Notes: a model not told the origin generated them from the letters alone. A stretch of DNA of 64,000 nt from Amphiscolops sp. MND2022 (GCA_964187785.1 OZ076409.1:50282001-50346000); one strand, 5' to 3'. Shown: positions 1 through 13,488, counted from the stretch's first letter. Numbers and translations: made by a program.

Positions 1-3000
1 AGAATGGATGTTTAAAAATCTCAAAGGGTACCCCTTTTACAGTTTTCGGCTTTATGAGATTTTTCAAAATGAAAATTTTGCGTCTTAAAATTTGGTTTTC
101 TCAGACCCAGCACGCTATATCCGAATGTTTTCTTTCGAAAGACAGGCGTTTTTTTCTATGCGACTTTTTTCTAATTTGTTTCCATCGAAGCCCCCCTTAG
201 TTTTTACTAGAAACGAAACTTTTTGCGAGCACGAAGGACTCCTTAGGGTTTACAGCACTATGCGACTTACCGGAAACCTTCATAAAAAAATTGAAAAAAA
301 TGCGAAAACATTTCGATACATATGCCGCAACGAACTATCAAGATCCTGCTAGTTCGATTGATAGCCAATAAAACGCGTTATATCAGCTACGCGTTACGAG
401 TAGAAGTAGAAACCAGTAGCTTGTTACACTGTGTGATTTGGCGTTACGCCTAGTGATTAAAATACAGCAAATGACAACTTTACACTTTCTACAATTACGT
501 ACCGTGACTGGTTTCTACTTTACACACTAATGGAAGCATCGTTTGGAGATGTTTTTACTCACGTTGTGTACCGAAATTCTTTTCTGGTTTCCATTTTTCT
601 CTAATTATGCTCATTGATCACAATCCACACTTTCTGATTACACTGTGCATCACAATCCGCATTGAACTCGATGCACTGTTTGACTAGAATACGGTTCGCT
701 CTCGTTTTACGGAAAATACACTTTACACTTGATGATAAATTCCACTTTCACGGCGTATGTATCGTAATGAACTTTTTTCAGTTTGTTTTTTTCAAAGGTT
801 TTCGGTGGAGGAGAAAGATGGGTTTTTTGCTGTTTCCAGTTGGGGAAAAATGGTTTTCGAGTCTTACGCGTATCCCTTCTGGTATTATTTGGCATTTTTA
901 GGGCACCGACTTGAACTGTTTCCGACTTTTGGAACAATATTTCTTGACATTAGAAGCATAAAGTGGAAATTGACTTTAGTCAAATAATTCAATAGCATAG
1001 TATCATAGCATGGCAGAGAAAAAATTGGTTAAGGTCCGAAAATTGAATTGTTTTTGGAAATATATATTTTTTAAAAATTGAAATAAAGTAAAATTTTAAC
1101 AATAGTGTCCTGCATATATAAAAATCTACTTTTTTATTATTTCTGCGACAGCATGAATAATCTAGGAATCTGAAAAATGCACTTTTTTCATATTTCATCC
1201 GACTTTTGTTGGCGATCCGAGTACATACTGAAAAAAAATAATCAGCAGGGAGTATAAGCGTGAGATTTTAATTTCTCCAGCTGCCGACGACAAGTCGTTT
1301 TTAGTGCGATGAAACGAGCGATCTTTATTTATGCATTCGTACGCCGAATTCATTGAGATGAAGCGTGTGAATGTTGGTAATTACTTTCCTACGCCGGGTT
1401 ATTGAGACGAAGCAAACGAGTGTTTATTGTTCGTTCGCCGAAAGCTTCGCCTGCTTTCAAATGCGGATGCGAAACTTCATCCACGCTCAGTGATTAAATA
1501 TTCTTTAGTCAGAGAAGAATCAAAGGCGGTGTAAACTGGATCAATTGCGCGCTATATAATAGTTAAACAGGAATGTTTAAATTCTCCAGATATGCTTCTT
1601 TCATCGAACATGAAAGCCTAAAATCAGAAATAATGCTGGGCCTATTGTTAGTCGGCACTTTTATAAAGAAAAAAGCCCGACTATTACAGTCACTTGTTTT
1701 TTTTCTTTTTTTTATTTAAGACAGACTCGAAGCGACGAACGTTAACGTTCAACTAAAGAAAACGAAATACCAGGGAAACACATGTAAATTATTCCAAAGG
1801 ATCCCCCCTTTGGTTTTTTACTTTTTAAACGTTACCTACAAGCCCGGACGGGACTAAAGGGTCCCCCTTTCGATTTTTTTCGGCACTGTGCGACATTTTC
1901 CGAAAGAAAAAACTTTTCGAAAATTTCAAGTTTTTTTCCAAAAAAATGTATTGCGCTTTTTGAGCCTTAGATATAGCGCCGTCTTGAGACGTTCCCGTCT
2001 TGTTGAACCTTGCGAGGGGCGCCGACCTTTTCTGTTCATGGTTTGTTTTAAATTGATCAAAGAGTAGAAAATTTGTCCGACTCCTTTCCTTAAGCCTTAT
2101 TTCTCCGTATGGTATTGCTTATTTGATTTTCTGTTCAAAAGTTTGCAACTTTCTTTTCGTTTTGCGAGCTTAAATCGCCTTTTCTGACACTATGAGACTT
2201 ATTCCCGGCAAAAACGTTTGAAAAAAATTTTTTTATAAAATTGTTTTTTTTTGCGTGTGTTTCCAGTTGGGCAAAAAGTGGTTTCCGAGTTTTCTGCGTA
2301 TCCCTTCGGGTATTTTTGGCATTGAGAAGTCGATAAAAGTATAAAAAACAGTGTCCTTTGTATGTTTAAAAAATTCGAAACTTGAGCGGGGGCTGACTTG
2401 GGCCAGCTCCGGCTTGTTCCTTTTTCGTCAGACCAATTATCAAACAGAGTAGTCAATTTTTTTAACAGACTTTGTTCACGCAATTTGGCCTTTTGGTTAG
2501 GACGTGTGCGTCCCAAGCAGAATGTCGTGGATTTGAATCACGAACAGGAATAAAATTGTTTTGTTAGCAAATCTTGGCGGAATCAAAGTGTATCCATTTG
2601 GGTTCTTTTTGGGCACTGAGACTTTTTTCGGAAAGAGTTGGAATTTTTCACCAACTTTGGTTTTTCTGATGCTTTCGGTTAAAGAAAAGCGTTTTGCGAG
2701 GCCAAAGGGTTCCTTTTTGGGTTTTTTCCACCAAACTTTTATTTGATGTTTCCAGAGAAGCGTTCCTTGAGGCCACATTACACTTTTGGGTTTCGGAACT
2801 CAAATTACGAGAGTTTCTTAGAATCCACCCTGAGCACATTTATAAGACTCTGCGCTTTTTGAGCCTTAAGCGAGCGCAGGCTTGAGACGTTCTCGTCTTG
2901 TTTCCCATCTAAAATAGCCTTTTTAAATCCAGAATCCATGGCATTGCAAACCAGCAATGGCGTTGACAATGACAAATTAGTATACTTATGATTATTTTTT

Positions 3001-4700
3001 TAACTTACAAATTATTTCTCATTCAGTGATTATTTTTCCTTCCTGCAGAATTTTACTGTTCTTTTTCTATTATCATAAATGTTTTTGGGGAGTAATGAAG
3101 TAAACATATTTTCACAATTTTTGCTCCTAAACCACCTTACGTCTGAAGAATTGTAAAAAAAATCATTTGGCAGATAAGGAATTAGTTTTATGCTTACTTA
3201 GTAATTCAATTCGGTTGGTCAGTTCAATGACACACTTTCTAGCTGGTCAAATGTTTCATGGCGCGACTGAAATGGATGCTAATGAACATTAAAAGTCCCA
3301 AACAGCGAGAAATAACATTCAAATCTTTGCACAAGTATATTTCGAATCTTCCGATAATTTTCACAGAACGCAGAAACTTGACCACGGATACGGCCATTTT
3401 CTCCAGAGAAGTTCTCTACGAAGCAATTCTGAACGAAGCGGAAGTTCTTAACGAGTGTGTGACTTCGCTAGATCCCTTTCGCCGGAGATTTCACGCCTTG
3501 AAACATCGCCAAAGTAAACGATTGAATTGAATCTAATGAACTATTTGCCTTTTCGTATCAAATTGTTTCATGCTTTGTATTTTGTGTCAGCCTACGCTCT
3601 CTATTGTATTATGACTTTATAATTCTGATTTTGCTGATGTCTTTTTTCATGAAATCGAAAGCCTTCAGATCTTTCTTCCCAACATGAAAATGCACTTGTC
3701 TTTGCATTTTCGTCAGACGTCCATAATCGTCTTAATACATAAATCACTAAGCTATGTGGGTGCCCCCATTTGTTAAAGCAAATAATCGAAACGTTGCGTT
3801 CGAATCTCGATAGGGCTAATCGACTCTTTGCTTTATGGTTTTAAAAATTTTGATTGTCGTAACTATTAATTCTAGGCAATTGGCTCCAAGGGCCTTGTCG
3901 CAGTTAATTCGTCACTAAATTGAATCCACTTGTGATTTAGTTTTTCACATCATTAGATAACTTTGGGTAAATGACCGAAGGCTCTTTTCTGTTTCCCCCC
4001 CACCACCAATTTTTTTTTGAAAAAATACTGAAAATCTAATAACACAAAGACTTGAAAACAAATCAGAAAGCTTCAAATTTTCATTTATTCTTAGTGTGAC
4101 AGTTTAGGATTCAGATACAAACTTTGTTCACATTTTTTTCAATATGTAGTCACGTATTTTTGATGAAGAAATCAACAGCTTCCTGTTTTGAGTAATCAAT
4201 AAACACTTAATACGAACATAAATATAGTCAAAAAGCGTGAACAATGTTTTGTTCAAGCAAAAAACTAATCCAATAGATGTTATCTTCCCATTATGAAAGA
4301 AGGTTTTACTTTTAATTAGGATAGTCTAAAGTTTTTAAGGAAATTTACTTCCAAAAATTTTGGTGGTGGGGGGGGGGGGGGAAACAGAAAAGAGCCTGAC
4401 CGAAATATCGTAAGTGAAAATACACTCAAAGATGTATGAATTTCAATTGGTTTAAACAATATTTGCCATTCGATTTGGCAACCAACAAAGATTCGATTAA
4501 CAACAGCTGTCTCAATGGGTTTCCAATAAATCAGCATTGTCTGAAATAGAAAACAATATACACATAGAAACCATACAATCATAGAAACCATGCATGCTTT
4601 TTGCACATGACGAAGTCAATGTGCATTGCAGTCCAGCTAAGTAAGTTTGTTTCCACTATGGTCAACTTCATAATGAGCGCCTTTTAGAAAAAAGCCAAAA

Positions 4701-4769
4701 CCCCAGAGAGATTCGAACCTGCAGCCTCCCGATTGCACGGCATAAGTGTTGACCACTGTGCCATAGGGA
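4701..4769 (-). other. tRNA-like sequence (tRNA pseudogene or tRNA-derived SINE head)
   Basis: Minus strand reads TCCCTATGGCACAGTGGTCAACAC...GGTTCGAATCTCTCTGGGG, with a Pol III A-box-like TGGCACAGTGG and a B-box GGTTCGAATC. The cloverleaf pairs poorly, so it is not called as a functional tRNA. Confidence 0.45.
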
Positions 4770-5077
4770 CGTCATTGAACAAAGTTGAACTGTTGAATAT
4801 ATACGCATGCGATTAAAATAATATATATACATATTAAAATAATCGATGTCTTCGTCATGTGTTGCGAAGCACCGCTTCGCCTCTGTGTTGATGTTGTACA
4901 TTTCAAACCAACTTTGGTCTCTCCCAAGTTCAATTACGTCCGAGCCAAAATCATTCTCCGTGGTGCCTCCCGTAAAACCAATTTCGTTCAACAATTAATT
5001 GACCATACAACTCAATGAAAACAAGGTAATGAAGTTTTAATAGACAGAACAGTATTCAACCAAACATTGATTCTTGA

Positions 5078-5834
5078 TTAAGGTACCTTGCTGCAAAATA
5101 TAGGGTGTAATTGAACCATTTTAAACAATTCTGCTCCGTTATTTGATTGTTGCACTCCGTCAAAAAGACATCGATTATTTTGAGCTGTACCCTCCGCTGG
5201 TAAAGCTTGCAACGCAATGTAGACAGACATTCTAGATGCAAGACAACTCTTGAAGGCTGAGTTCCAGCTAGAAATTGCAAGGTTTCCAGCAAGGTTCCGA
5301 AATGGACTATAAGGATTAAGCTTCTTGATTTCAAAAATTTCATTCATATCTTGATGATAGTCACTTCGATGACAAGGAGCATTATCCAAAATACTTACAG
5401 CCTCAATTTTCTCACCGTAACTAGCAAAATATTGCCATCACAGACCGTTAAAACATCTTTGAAGCCGATGTGTACCAAACCGAGAGTAGGGAATACTGCC
5501 ACACAAACAGTGACCTTTCGATCTCTTGGTACAACTTGCTTGTACACCCGGCTTCGCCGTTGGAAGCGTCCACAAGAGCGACGCGTTAACAATTGATTTC
5601 AAATTCATCAATGAAAGTTTTGTGTATTGACAATTTCCACACTCATCAGCCATTCAATATACAGTTTCTATGAAAGACAACATCGACACGATTTCTATCC
5701 ACATGACAATCGCGAATTATCTTGACAGTGAAAAACATGTCATGTAGAGCGTTCCACAAAGTTTGTTTTGTAGAAATTGGCTTTTCTGGAGACTGATTAC
5801 TATTTTGTCCGTTCAAATCCTTCATAATGATCAA
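5078..5834 (-). pseudogene. Decayed Tc1/mariner-IS630 (DDE_3-type) transposase
   Basis: Successive minus-strand ORF fragments contain 'STKQTLWNALHDMFFTVK' (HTH-like), 'ADECG' (first catalytic D) and 'MDNAPCHRS...KLNPYSPFRN', which match the Tc1/IS630 DNAxxH and LPPYSPxLNPIE motifs. Broken by frameshifts and stops. Confidence 0.7.
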
Positions 5835-8470
5835 AAGGTTGTCTTCTAAATTTAATGTTGCAAAATCTTTTATTTCGTCGTCCCCCTATTTCTGAATTTA
5901 CCGCCCTTCGGTTCCTTTTCACATCTTCTCATTTTGATTTTTGAAAGAGCAGTTTGCCGTTTGATTTTCAATGTTTCAGCAATATCAAAATATTTTTGCC
6001 GCCTGCATGACCCTCAAAAAGTTAGCTGTCTTCGGTCTTCATTTAAAATTCAGCGAAGCATAATTTGATTTCTCTGAAATTGTGTAACATTCATATAAAC
6101 ATCTAACGGTCTAATTTGATTTTAGCGTGACCAAATTGGTTTAACGGAAGCAACGTGGACAAAATAATACGCGTTGAAGCCAAAATTAAATTTGGCGTGA
6201 CGAAATTGGTTTAACCAAAGCAACTTGGACAAAAACGTATGCTTTGAAGACGAAATAGAATTTGAGAAGGACGAAAATCTGTTTTAAATAGTGTAAAAGC
6301 CGTAAAAACTATACTTAACCAGACCTACTTTTCGACCCTTTTTCGCCATTTTTGACAGGCTAATCTAGTCAGCTACTTCGTTCAATTCTCTGCAGCAACG
6401 CAGCGCTTTATTGAGATCAAGCGAACGAGTGTTAGTTATTGGTACGCCGAGAGTTCCGCCTGCATTCATAAACGAATGCGAAACGTCAGATGCGTTTAGT
6501 TGTATTCTTTCGTTCAATTAACAAATCGGACCACGTTCCTGAATTCCCCCCAGGTGCACCTTGCTTCGCATCCCCCAACACGGAAGAACATTTCATTCTA
6601 AAATATTATACTATTCACACATTTGATTCTAAAAAATTATACAATTCACACTAGTAAGAGAATTTATTTGAAAGTAAGGATTGTATCTACAGCTGTTTTG
6701 ATCCGTCCAGCAAAAAATGACACTGATTTTAGTCAGCGCTTTCAAAAAAAGAGCCCAACTCTTACAGTCAATCGTTTTTTTCTTTTTTGTTTTTCTTCAA
6801 GACAGTCTCGATTACTACCTAATGTTTGTTTGGTAGTTTAACTAAACGAATCCCTAGGAAACACATCCAAGTTATTGCAAATGGCCCCCCTCTCTTTTTT
6901 ACTTTTTAAACGTAACATACAAAATCGGACGAGACTGAAGGGCCCCCCTTTTGTTTTTCGTCCGCCCTGTGCAACTTCTGTCGAATGTTTTGTCTCCAAA
7001 GGGTCCCCACTCTCAATTGCATTCGTCTTCCCTCGTAATAAGCAAAGTGAAGCGCTATACCCTAACGCTTGACGTTATATCCGAACTATATTGCGGCGTT
7101 TTAGTAAGGAGGCAGCTGAAGTTCGAAAACAGGAGTTTTTCATGAGAACGTCCTATGCATAGTTTGAAAACTGCGTTTTTGGGCCTCAGATATAGCGCAG
7201 ATTTTAGACATTCCCGTCTTGTTTTTCGTTTCTTTTAGTTTTTCTTTAAGATAGACTCGAACGCGACGAAACTTTTGTTGAGTTGGTTCAACTAACTAAA
7301 CGAAAATCTGGTAAACGCATCTAAGTTATTGCAAAGGCCTTCATTGTTTATATTTTTAAACCAGAACATACAAAACCGGACGAGACTAAAGGGACCGCCT
7401 CTCAAATTTGTTTGATGCTGAGACTTTTTCGAAAATTTTTTTGTCTTCGAAGGGTTTTCGAAGGAGGTCCGAAAACAGGAGTTATTCATGCTAACGTCCC
7501 ATGCATATTTTAAATCTGAGCTTTTTGAACCTAAGACATAGCGCCGACTTTAGACGTTCCTGTCTTGTTTGCTTTGAACTCACACAAAAAGTTAGTAGCT
7601 AACAAAAGTCTTTAATGTCTCCAAAGCCAGCCCCTTCATTTTTTCGATATTTTGCAACAAATTGGATATGAAAAAAGCCCAAAAGGTCCCCCTTTGTACA
7701 TATTCGACACTGTGAGACAATTTCAAAATTTAACTTTTCGTTTGAAATGAGATTTTATAATACATATTCACCAATACTTTTTTCAACATTATACGAAATT
7801 TTGCAATATATCCGAACTATGTCGCGTTTCACTAAAGCAAAAAACTAGACGAATGTTCAAAAACAAGCGAACTCATTCTTCCCAGCACGAAATCTTAGGG
7901 TGTTTCGACACTTTTATGTGAGTTTTTCATTCAAAAAGTCCTGAGCATCCTTGATAAACTTTGCGCTTTTTGAGCCTTAAGTAGGGCGCTGGCTTGAGAT
8001 GTTCCTGTCTTGTTCGATATTGTCCAAAATGGCAACAATTCACGCTTTTTCCACGCTAATTTCGTACAAAAAGGGCCCTAATTCGAAACAATATTTCTCC
8101 GCCATAAAATCAATCGAGATACTTCAAGTTGCCACTCAATGTAAAAGATATCATTATGCCAGAATCAAATACTTTATTGCACCAGAATCTCAACGAAAAC
8201 GATGTCTTCTCACTAGTATTATTTTTTGTTATTTTTCCCCGCGGCCGTTTAGGGTTATAAGAAACAACAAAGCTTATCGCCCGGAATGGCGATATAACCT
8301 GGTTATCAATGATCAACTATGCGCTGTATATTAAATTGACATGAGTGTATAGTTTTTTGCGTATGTGGACATTACACCCAAAATCACTTCGCCCAAAGTG
8401 GACATTACGGACAAAAATTTTGGGGAAGGTAAACAACGTCCACAGAAGGAGAGTGTTATCTGTCACGGCC

Positions 8471-8672
8471 TGTGGTAGTGTAAATGAATGACACTCAGAC
8501 ATTGTTTGTAAATAAATACAACATACCTGTCAACAGTCTAAACCTCAGAATAACCTGAGAAACATTTGCCTGAGAGCCTTAGAACAAGACAGTACTTCAA
8601 AAACATTCTCTTCATTGCAATTCACATATTAATCCTCTACATTGTTTTCCTTTACTGAGCTCCACGTCAACA
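8471..8672 (+). repeat. Gypsy-1 5' LTR
   Basis: TGTGGTAGTG...CACGTCAACA, matching 13500-13701. Confidence 0.95.
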
Positions 8673-11600
8673 TGGCGCTGCGAGCCGAAAATTCGAGCAA
8701 TTCTTCTTCATCTCATCTTGTCGGACTACCAGTGTTCTGGAACGATCCATCAATAAACCCAACAATGGACTGGGACAAGTGGATTGATTTATTCCAAGTA
8801 GCCATGATGGCAAAATATTCCATTTCGATAACTGAACTGACAAGGGCAGTAACAGAGCAAACGCCCAGGGTTCGTCCATTAATGGGGGATCTCGACGAAG
8901 ACCCTGCAAACAAGAAAACCATCAGTGTAATGTACCTATCATTGGGTGAAGCAGCCAGAAAACAGTTCATGGACAAATACCCTAATACAGCACTGTGGGA
9001 GTTAAAAGCAGGGGAACTGATTAATCTCTGTAATGAGTGTTTTCGGAAAAAACGAAATCGTACTTTGGATCGCCACAGATTCTTTTCGAGATTGCAACAA
9101 CCCGGCGAAACCCTCTCACAATTTTGGCACGCACTGAATGGGCTTGCAGCCATTTGCGACTTTGGAGAAATTACTACAACATTAGTACTTGACATGTTTA
9201 TTCTGCACATGAGCAATAAAAAAGTGCAAGAAAAGCTATGTACCGAGCCTAAGGAGCCCGATCAGGCGTTGGACTTCGCCATAGCCTATGAAGAAGGGGT
9301 GAAAAGACAGAAAACTTACGGGATGCAAGCTCCAGAAACATCAAAAACGTCCGTGAAGAGCGAGCCCATCTATGCGGTGGAAAAGTCCAAACCTCGGGAA
9401 TGCTTCAGATGCGGGGATCAAAACTTCACGATGGAGCACGTGAATTTCTGCATGGCCACAAACCATCGATGTAAATATTGTAAGATAGTGGGTCATCTCG
9501 AAAAATGTTGCAATAAGAAGTTCCCCCAGAGACAGAAGGAAATGATGCAAAGGCTCAAGACCCGTGACAACCAGCAGGGTATGCGAAGAGTTAATTATAT
9601 CGAGGAGTCTGACGAAGATGAAGAAGAAGACTACGAAGAAGACGAAGAGCAACTAGTTCTACGAGTGGACGGAGAAGGCAGTAAACCCTTCTACATGGAA
9701 GGAATGATGTGCGACAACTACTTCAAGGCTATCATAGATACCGGCTCCCCAGTCTCAATTTTTACAAAACGCGACCTACAAAAAATTGTGGGCGAGCGAA
9801 AAGTTGTAATTAGAGATATGATCGGGGGAGAAAAATACGTGGACTACAATAGAAAACCGTTAAAGTTACTGGGGTATCAGTTCGTTCGACTAGAAGTAGC
9901 AGGCGTAACAGTATCAAAAGCCAGAGTGTTAGTCGCGCCGAACTCAGGAAAGTCCATCGTGGGACGTGATTGGCTAGTTGCTCTCCGCTACAAAATAACG
10001 CAGCCAATAGAAAGAGGTGAGTGCGAAGTAAATAATCAATCTGTAAATAGTGATAATTTCGTTCGCGAGGTTAATCCCGAGAACAAACAAAGTCCCCAGG
10101 TTAAGCAACTTCAAGGGGAATTCCCAAAATTGTTTAAAAGAAAAGGACGTGTAAAGAACTACGAAATTAAAATTACAATGAAAGACAACGCTAAAATTAC
10201 GCAACAAAAAGGACGTAGAATTCCCATCCAGCTGCAAAACCAAGTGGACGAGGAAATTAATAAGCTGCTAAAGGAGGGGCATATTGAGAAAGTAGACAAA
10301 ATCCAAGATGACGTGTTTATTCAACCGACGGTAATTACTGTCAAAAAGGATAAGTCTGTGAAAATTGCTTTAGACGCGAGAGCGCTAAATGAGTCAATAG
10401 CTAAAGACAAATACCAAATGCCCAATTTAGAAAATTTAGTTGACATGATTGCTGAGAAACTCGATAAAGAAGAAGGGGAGGCCTGGTATTCGTCTGTAGA
10501 TATGACATACGCGTACGGACAAATTCCACTACATGAATTGACCAAAAAACATTGTAATTTTCAAATCGTCGGGGGTAAATCTACAGGGACATACAGATTC
10601 ATAACGGGATATTATGGCCTTACTGTAATGCCAACTGAATTTCAGAAATTAATGGACCTCACGTTAGCGAATATAAATAGTGTATTTGTGTATATAGATG
10701 ACATTTTAATTGTAACTAAAGGAACCAAGCAACAGCACATGAATAAAGTGAGGGAAGTTTTGAAGATTCTAGATAATGCAAATTTACAGTTGAAGGCGGA
10801 AAAATGTGTGGTCGCTCAAGAAAGTATAGAATGGCTGGGATACAAATTAACGAGAACAGGCATTTCCCCGATAAATGCAAAATCCCAGGGAATAAGTGAA
10901 AGACTTCGACCGACGAACTTAAAACAACTACGCTCATTTTTGGGAGCAGTAAATCAGTTTAACAAATTTATACCGAATTTAGCAGCAATAAGTTTCCCTT
11001 TTAGATCGATTTTAAAAAGAGACGCAGACTGGACATGGAATAGTGACCATGAAACAGCATTCAAGAGGATCAATGAAGAAATTAAAAAAGTAGTGGAACT
11101 GTCACATTTTAAAAGAAACCAAGAAATTAGAATCATTTGCGATGCAAGCAAGCAAGGACTAGGCGCAGTTTTACAACAAATCCAGAATAATGGTGAATGG
11201 AAACCAATTTGTTTTGCGTCAAGATTTTTAACTAATTTCGAAGCCAAATATTCAATTAATGAACTTGAATTGTTAGCTATCGTTTGGGCGGTAGAACATT
11301 TTAAAAACTATGTATATGGTGTAAAGTTTAAAATAATTTCCGACCACAAAGCATTAATGACAGTTTTAAAACCGAACAGGGGAAACAAGACCTTTTCCAG
11401 CAGATTGACAAGATGGGTAGATAGACTGCTACCCTTCGAATTCGAAGTGGTACATGTAGCAGGAAGAACACTCGGAATGGCAGACTATCTATCTAGACAC
11501 CCCTCAGAGTTAGAAGGGGCAACGATAAAGGCGGAAACCCTGTGGAATGAATGGTTCACTGTAAATAGCGTAATTAGTTTAAATAATGTTTTAGAGAACG

Positions 11601-13363
11601 GAGAGCTGACAAGCGAGCAAGCAGAAGTGGCGAAGCGTGAGAATGAAAGTAACTCAATCAATCGAGTGGCAAAAGCAAATTTAAAGCAGCCAATCAGAAC
11701 GCGGGAGGAACGCATTTCGCGGGACAAAAGTAAGAAGCATTGTAGAGTTACCACGCGCGTTAACAAGATGAGCGATAAAAGTCCGTCAATCAAGCTTTTA
11801 AACGAAAAGCTACTTCCTGCTAACTACGTAGCCGATAAACTAATACAGAGAGTCATCTCATTAGTAAAAACGTATAACAAAACTGGAGTTAGCCGTTTGC
11901 CATCCCCTTGGAGGGAGAAATTCCAATCTTTTTCGATCGACGATAAAAATCTATTATACATGGACAACCGATTAGTCATCCCTCAATCTATGAGATCAAT
12001 GATTATGTGTTCCTTACATTATGGCCACCCAGGCCGTGATTCGATGTTAGCAATGGTAGAAGACATTTGGTGGCCGCGGATACACCGCGAAATCATTGAT
12101 CAAGCCCGCCTATGCGAACAGTGCCTGGAATCCGGTAAGAACTTAAAATGTATTTTAAGACAAAAACAAATCGGAAAACTGCCGGAAGTCGAACAACAAA
12201 ATGAGAAAATAGCATTGGACTTCGCAGGCCCCTTTCAAAATGCGAAAAAAGGAAAGAAGTATATGTTGGTATCGATCGATCATTTTTCTAATTGGCCGGA
12301 CGCCAGATTTTTACATCGCCCAACGACGAAAAAAGTAATAGAATTTTTAAAGCAATACATAGCACAATATGGAGTACCAAGAAAAATAAGAACTGATCCT
12401 GGAACAGTGTTTGTAAGTGAAGCGTTTGCGAAATTCTGTAGAGAATTTGGGGTAGAACATATTGTATGCCCGGTGCGAGATCATAGGGGAAACGGGAAAA
12501 TCGAACGCTTAATCAGAACGATAAATGAACGGTTACGAACGAACAAACAAATAATCTTAACAAAAGATAAGTCAGGTCTGTCAGAAATCCTGTATTCACT
12601 AAGGGTAAATAAGAAAAAAGACGGTAGTTCCCCATTTGAGAAGCATATGGGCCGAAAACCTAACACAGTAAAATCAAACCTAGTGAAGGGATTATTGGAT
12701 ATTTCAGAGCAGGACCCCAACTTGGACTTTAGCCCCTCGGATTTTCAAGACGATCTGGATTCGTCAATTCTAGTAAGAGAAAGAGCACGGGGCTCAAAAC
12801 TCGAGGGTACCTTCAAAAAGAAGAGTGGAAAAGTGGTGAGTGAGTCCGCACACACATTGACCATGATCCCGGGAAAGACTAACACCCCAAAGGTGTATTC
12901 AAAGAGAGATGTGGCTGCTGCCACAGAAGAACAAAAGAAAAAATTGGACAACAAGAAAACCAAAAGAAAGGCAAAACTGGCTGAAACAACAAGCTCGAGT
13001 GACAGTGAATCACAACCAGTAGTGAGACGAAAGACCCCAAAGAAGACGAAAGAGAGCGCCCCAGAAATCGCATTCGACTTTGAAAAAGAAGATCGCCCCT
13101 CAATCATCGAAATCAGCTCAAACACAACAGACGACAAAGAGGAGGCAAGCCGAGGGCCCGTCACCAAAGAGGAAAATGACGAAATTCGAGGGAAAGCACA
13201 ACTCCCCCCAAATGCGAACATCCCGATAAAAGCGTCAACCTCATGGGAGGTGAATGATAAAGGCCCGAAGAGAGTCCTCGAACGAAAGAGAGTCCCCACG
13301 AAGAGATATGGTATCGATGTAATGAAAATCAAGAAAGTTAGAGAAGAAGCGGAACCAATGTAA
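8672..13363 (+). CDS. Gag-Pol polyprotein (zinc knuckles, protease, RT, RNase H, integrase), 1563 aa from the ATG
   Basis: Cys-rich knuckles CFRC.../CKYCKIVGHLEKCC; protease IIDTGS; RT YIDD; RNase H CDASKQGLG...SDHKAL; integrase HYGHPG...CEQC, ALDFAG, TDPG, NGKIER. The order PR-RT-RH-IN indicates Gypsy. Confidence 0.97.
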   Translation: MALRAENSSNSSSSHLVGLPVFWNDPSINPTMDWDKWIDLFQVAMMAKYSISITELTRAVTEQTPRVRPLMGDLDEDPANKKTISVMYLSLGEAARKQFMDKYPNTALWELKAGELINLCNECFRKKRNRTLDRHRFFSRLQQPGETLSQFWHALNGLAAICDFGEITTTLVLDMFILHMSNKKVQEKLCTEPKEPDQALDFAIAYEEGVKRQKTYGMQAPETSKTSVKSEPIYAVEKSKPRECFRCGDQNFTMEHVNFCMATNHRCKYCKIVGHLEKCCNKKFPQRQKEMMQRLKTRDNQQGMRRVNYIEESDEDEEEDYEEDEEQLVLRVDGEGSKPFYMEGMMCDNYFKAIIDTGSPVSIFTKRDLQKIVGERKVVIRDMIGGEKYVDYNRKPLKLLGYQFVRLEVAGVTVSKARVLVAPNSGKSIVGRDWLVALRYKITQPIERGECEVNNQSVNSDNFVREVNPENKQSPQVKQLQGEFPKLFKRKGRVKNYEIKITMKDNAKITQQKGRRIPIQLQNQVDEEINKLLKEGHIEKVDKIQDDVFIQPTVITVKKDKSVKIALDARALNESIAKDKYQMPNLENLVDMIAEKLDKEEGEAWYSSVDMTYAYGQIPLHELTKKHCNFQIVGGKSTGTYRFITGYYGLTVMPTEFQKLMDLTLANINSVFVYIDDILIVTKGTKQQHMNKVREVLKILDNANLQLKAEKCVVAQESIEWLGYKLTRTGISPINAKSQGISERLRPTNLKQLRSFLGAVNQFNKFIPNLAAISFPFRSILKRDADWTWNSDHETAFKRINEEIKKVVELSHFKRNQEIRIICDASKQGLGAVLQQIQNNGEWKPICFASRFLTNFEAKYSINELELLAIVWAVEHFKNYVYGVKFKIISDHKALMTVLKPNRGNKTFSSRLTRWVDRLLPFEFEVVHVAGRTLGMADYLSRHPSELEGATIKAETLWNEWFTVNSVISLNNVLENGELTSEQAEVAKRENESNSINRVAKANLKQPIRTREERISRDKSKKHCRVTTRVNKMSDKSPSIKLLNEKLLPANYVADKLIQRVISLVKTYNKTGVSRLPSPWREKFQSFSIDDKNLLYMDNRLVIPQSMRSMIMCSLHYGHPGRDSMLAMVEDIWWPRIHREIIDQARLCEQCLESGKNLKCILRQKQIGKLPEVEQQNEKIALDFAGPFQNAKKGKKYMLVSIDHFSNWPDARFLHRPTTKKVIEFLKQYIAQYGVPRKIRTDPGTVFVSEAFAKFCREFGVEHIVCPVRDHRGNGKIERLIRTINERLRTNKQIILTKDKSGLSEILYSLRVNKKKDGSSPFEKHMGRKPNTVKSNLVKGLLDISEQDPNLDFSPSDFQDDLDSSILVRERARGSKLEGTFKKKSGKVVSESAHTLTMIPGKTNTPKVYSKRDVAAATEEQKKKLDNKKTKRKAKLAETTSSSDSESQPVVRRKTPKKTKESAPEIAFDFEKEDRPSIIEISSNTTDDKEEASRGPVTKEENDEIRGKAQLPPNANIPIKASTSWEVNDKGPKRVLERKRVPTKRYGIDVMKIKKVREEAEPM
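8673..8687 (+). promoter_or_regulatory. Gypsy-1 primer-binding site (probably tRNA-Ser)
   Basis: TGGCGCTGCGAGCCG directly after the LTR. It resembles the complement of the tRNA-Ser(CGA) 3' end (TGGCGCTGTGAGCAGG); the tRNA assignment is inference. Confidence 0.75.
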
Positions 13364-13488
13364 ACAGTAAACAAAACATTTTAAACTTTGTACTACATTA
13401 TACACTAGCGTAGTAACTAGTGATTGTTGAAGTTATTAATTTGAGTTACGTTAACATTTTAATCGAGGATTACCCTGTTTCCATAACT

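Larger units (their letters stand above)
1957..8014 (+). repeat. Dispersed repeat family: five copies of a ~47-bp end motif TTTTGAGCCTTAGATATAGCGCC..TTGAGACGTTCCCGTCTTGTT with longer shared upstream sequence
   Basis: Copies at ~1957-2004, 2856-2902, 7176-7223, 7521-7569 and 7967-8014, each ending in GTCTTGTT. Upstream blocks (AAGGGTCCCCCTTT, CGGCACTGTGCGAC, AAAACGGACGAGACTAAAG) recur in 1-350, 1700-1950, 6850-7000 and 7340-7480. Element class not determinable. Confidence 0.7.

Noticed and set aside
4701-4769. Functional tRNA gene
   Set aside because: A and B boxes are present, but the acceptor and anticodon stems do not pair convincingly; kept only as tRNA-like.
8667-13374. Minus-strand ORFs overlapping Gypsy-1 gag-pol (and similar shadow ORFs over other long CDS)
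   Set aside because: Antisense shadows of a long coding frame with no independent motifs.
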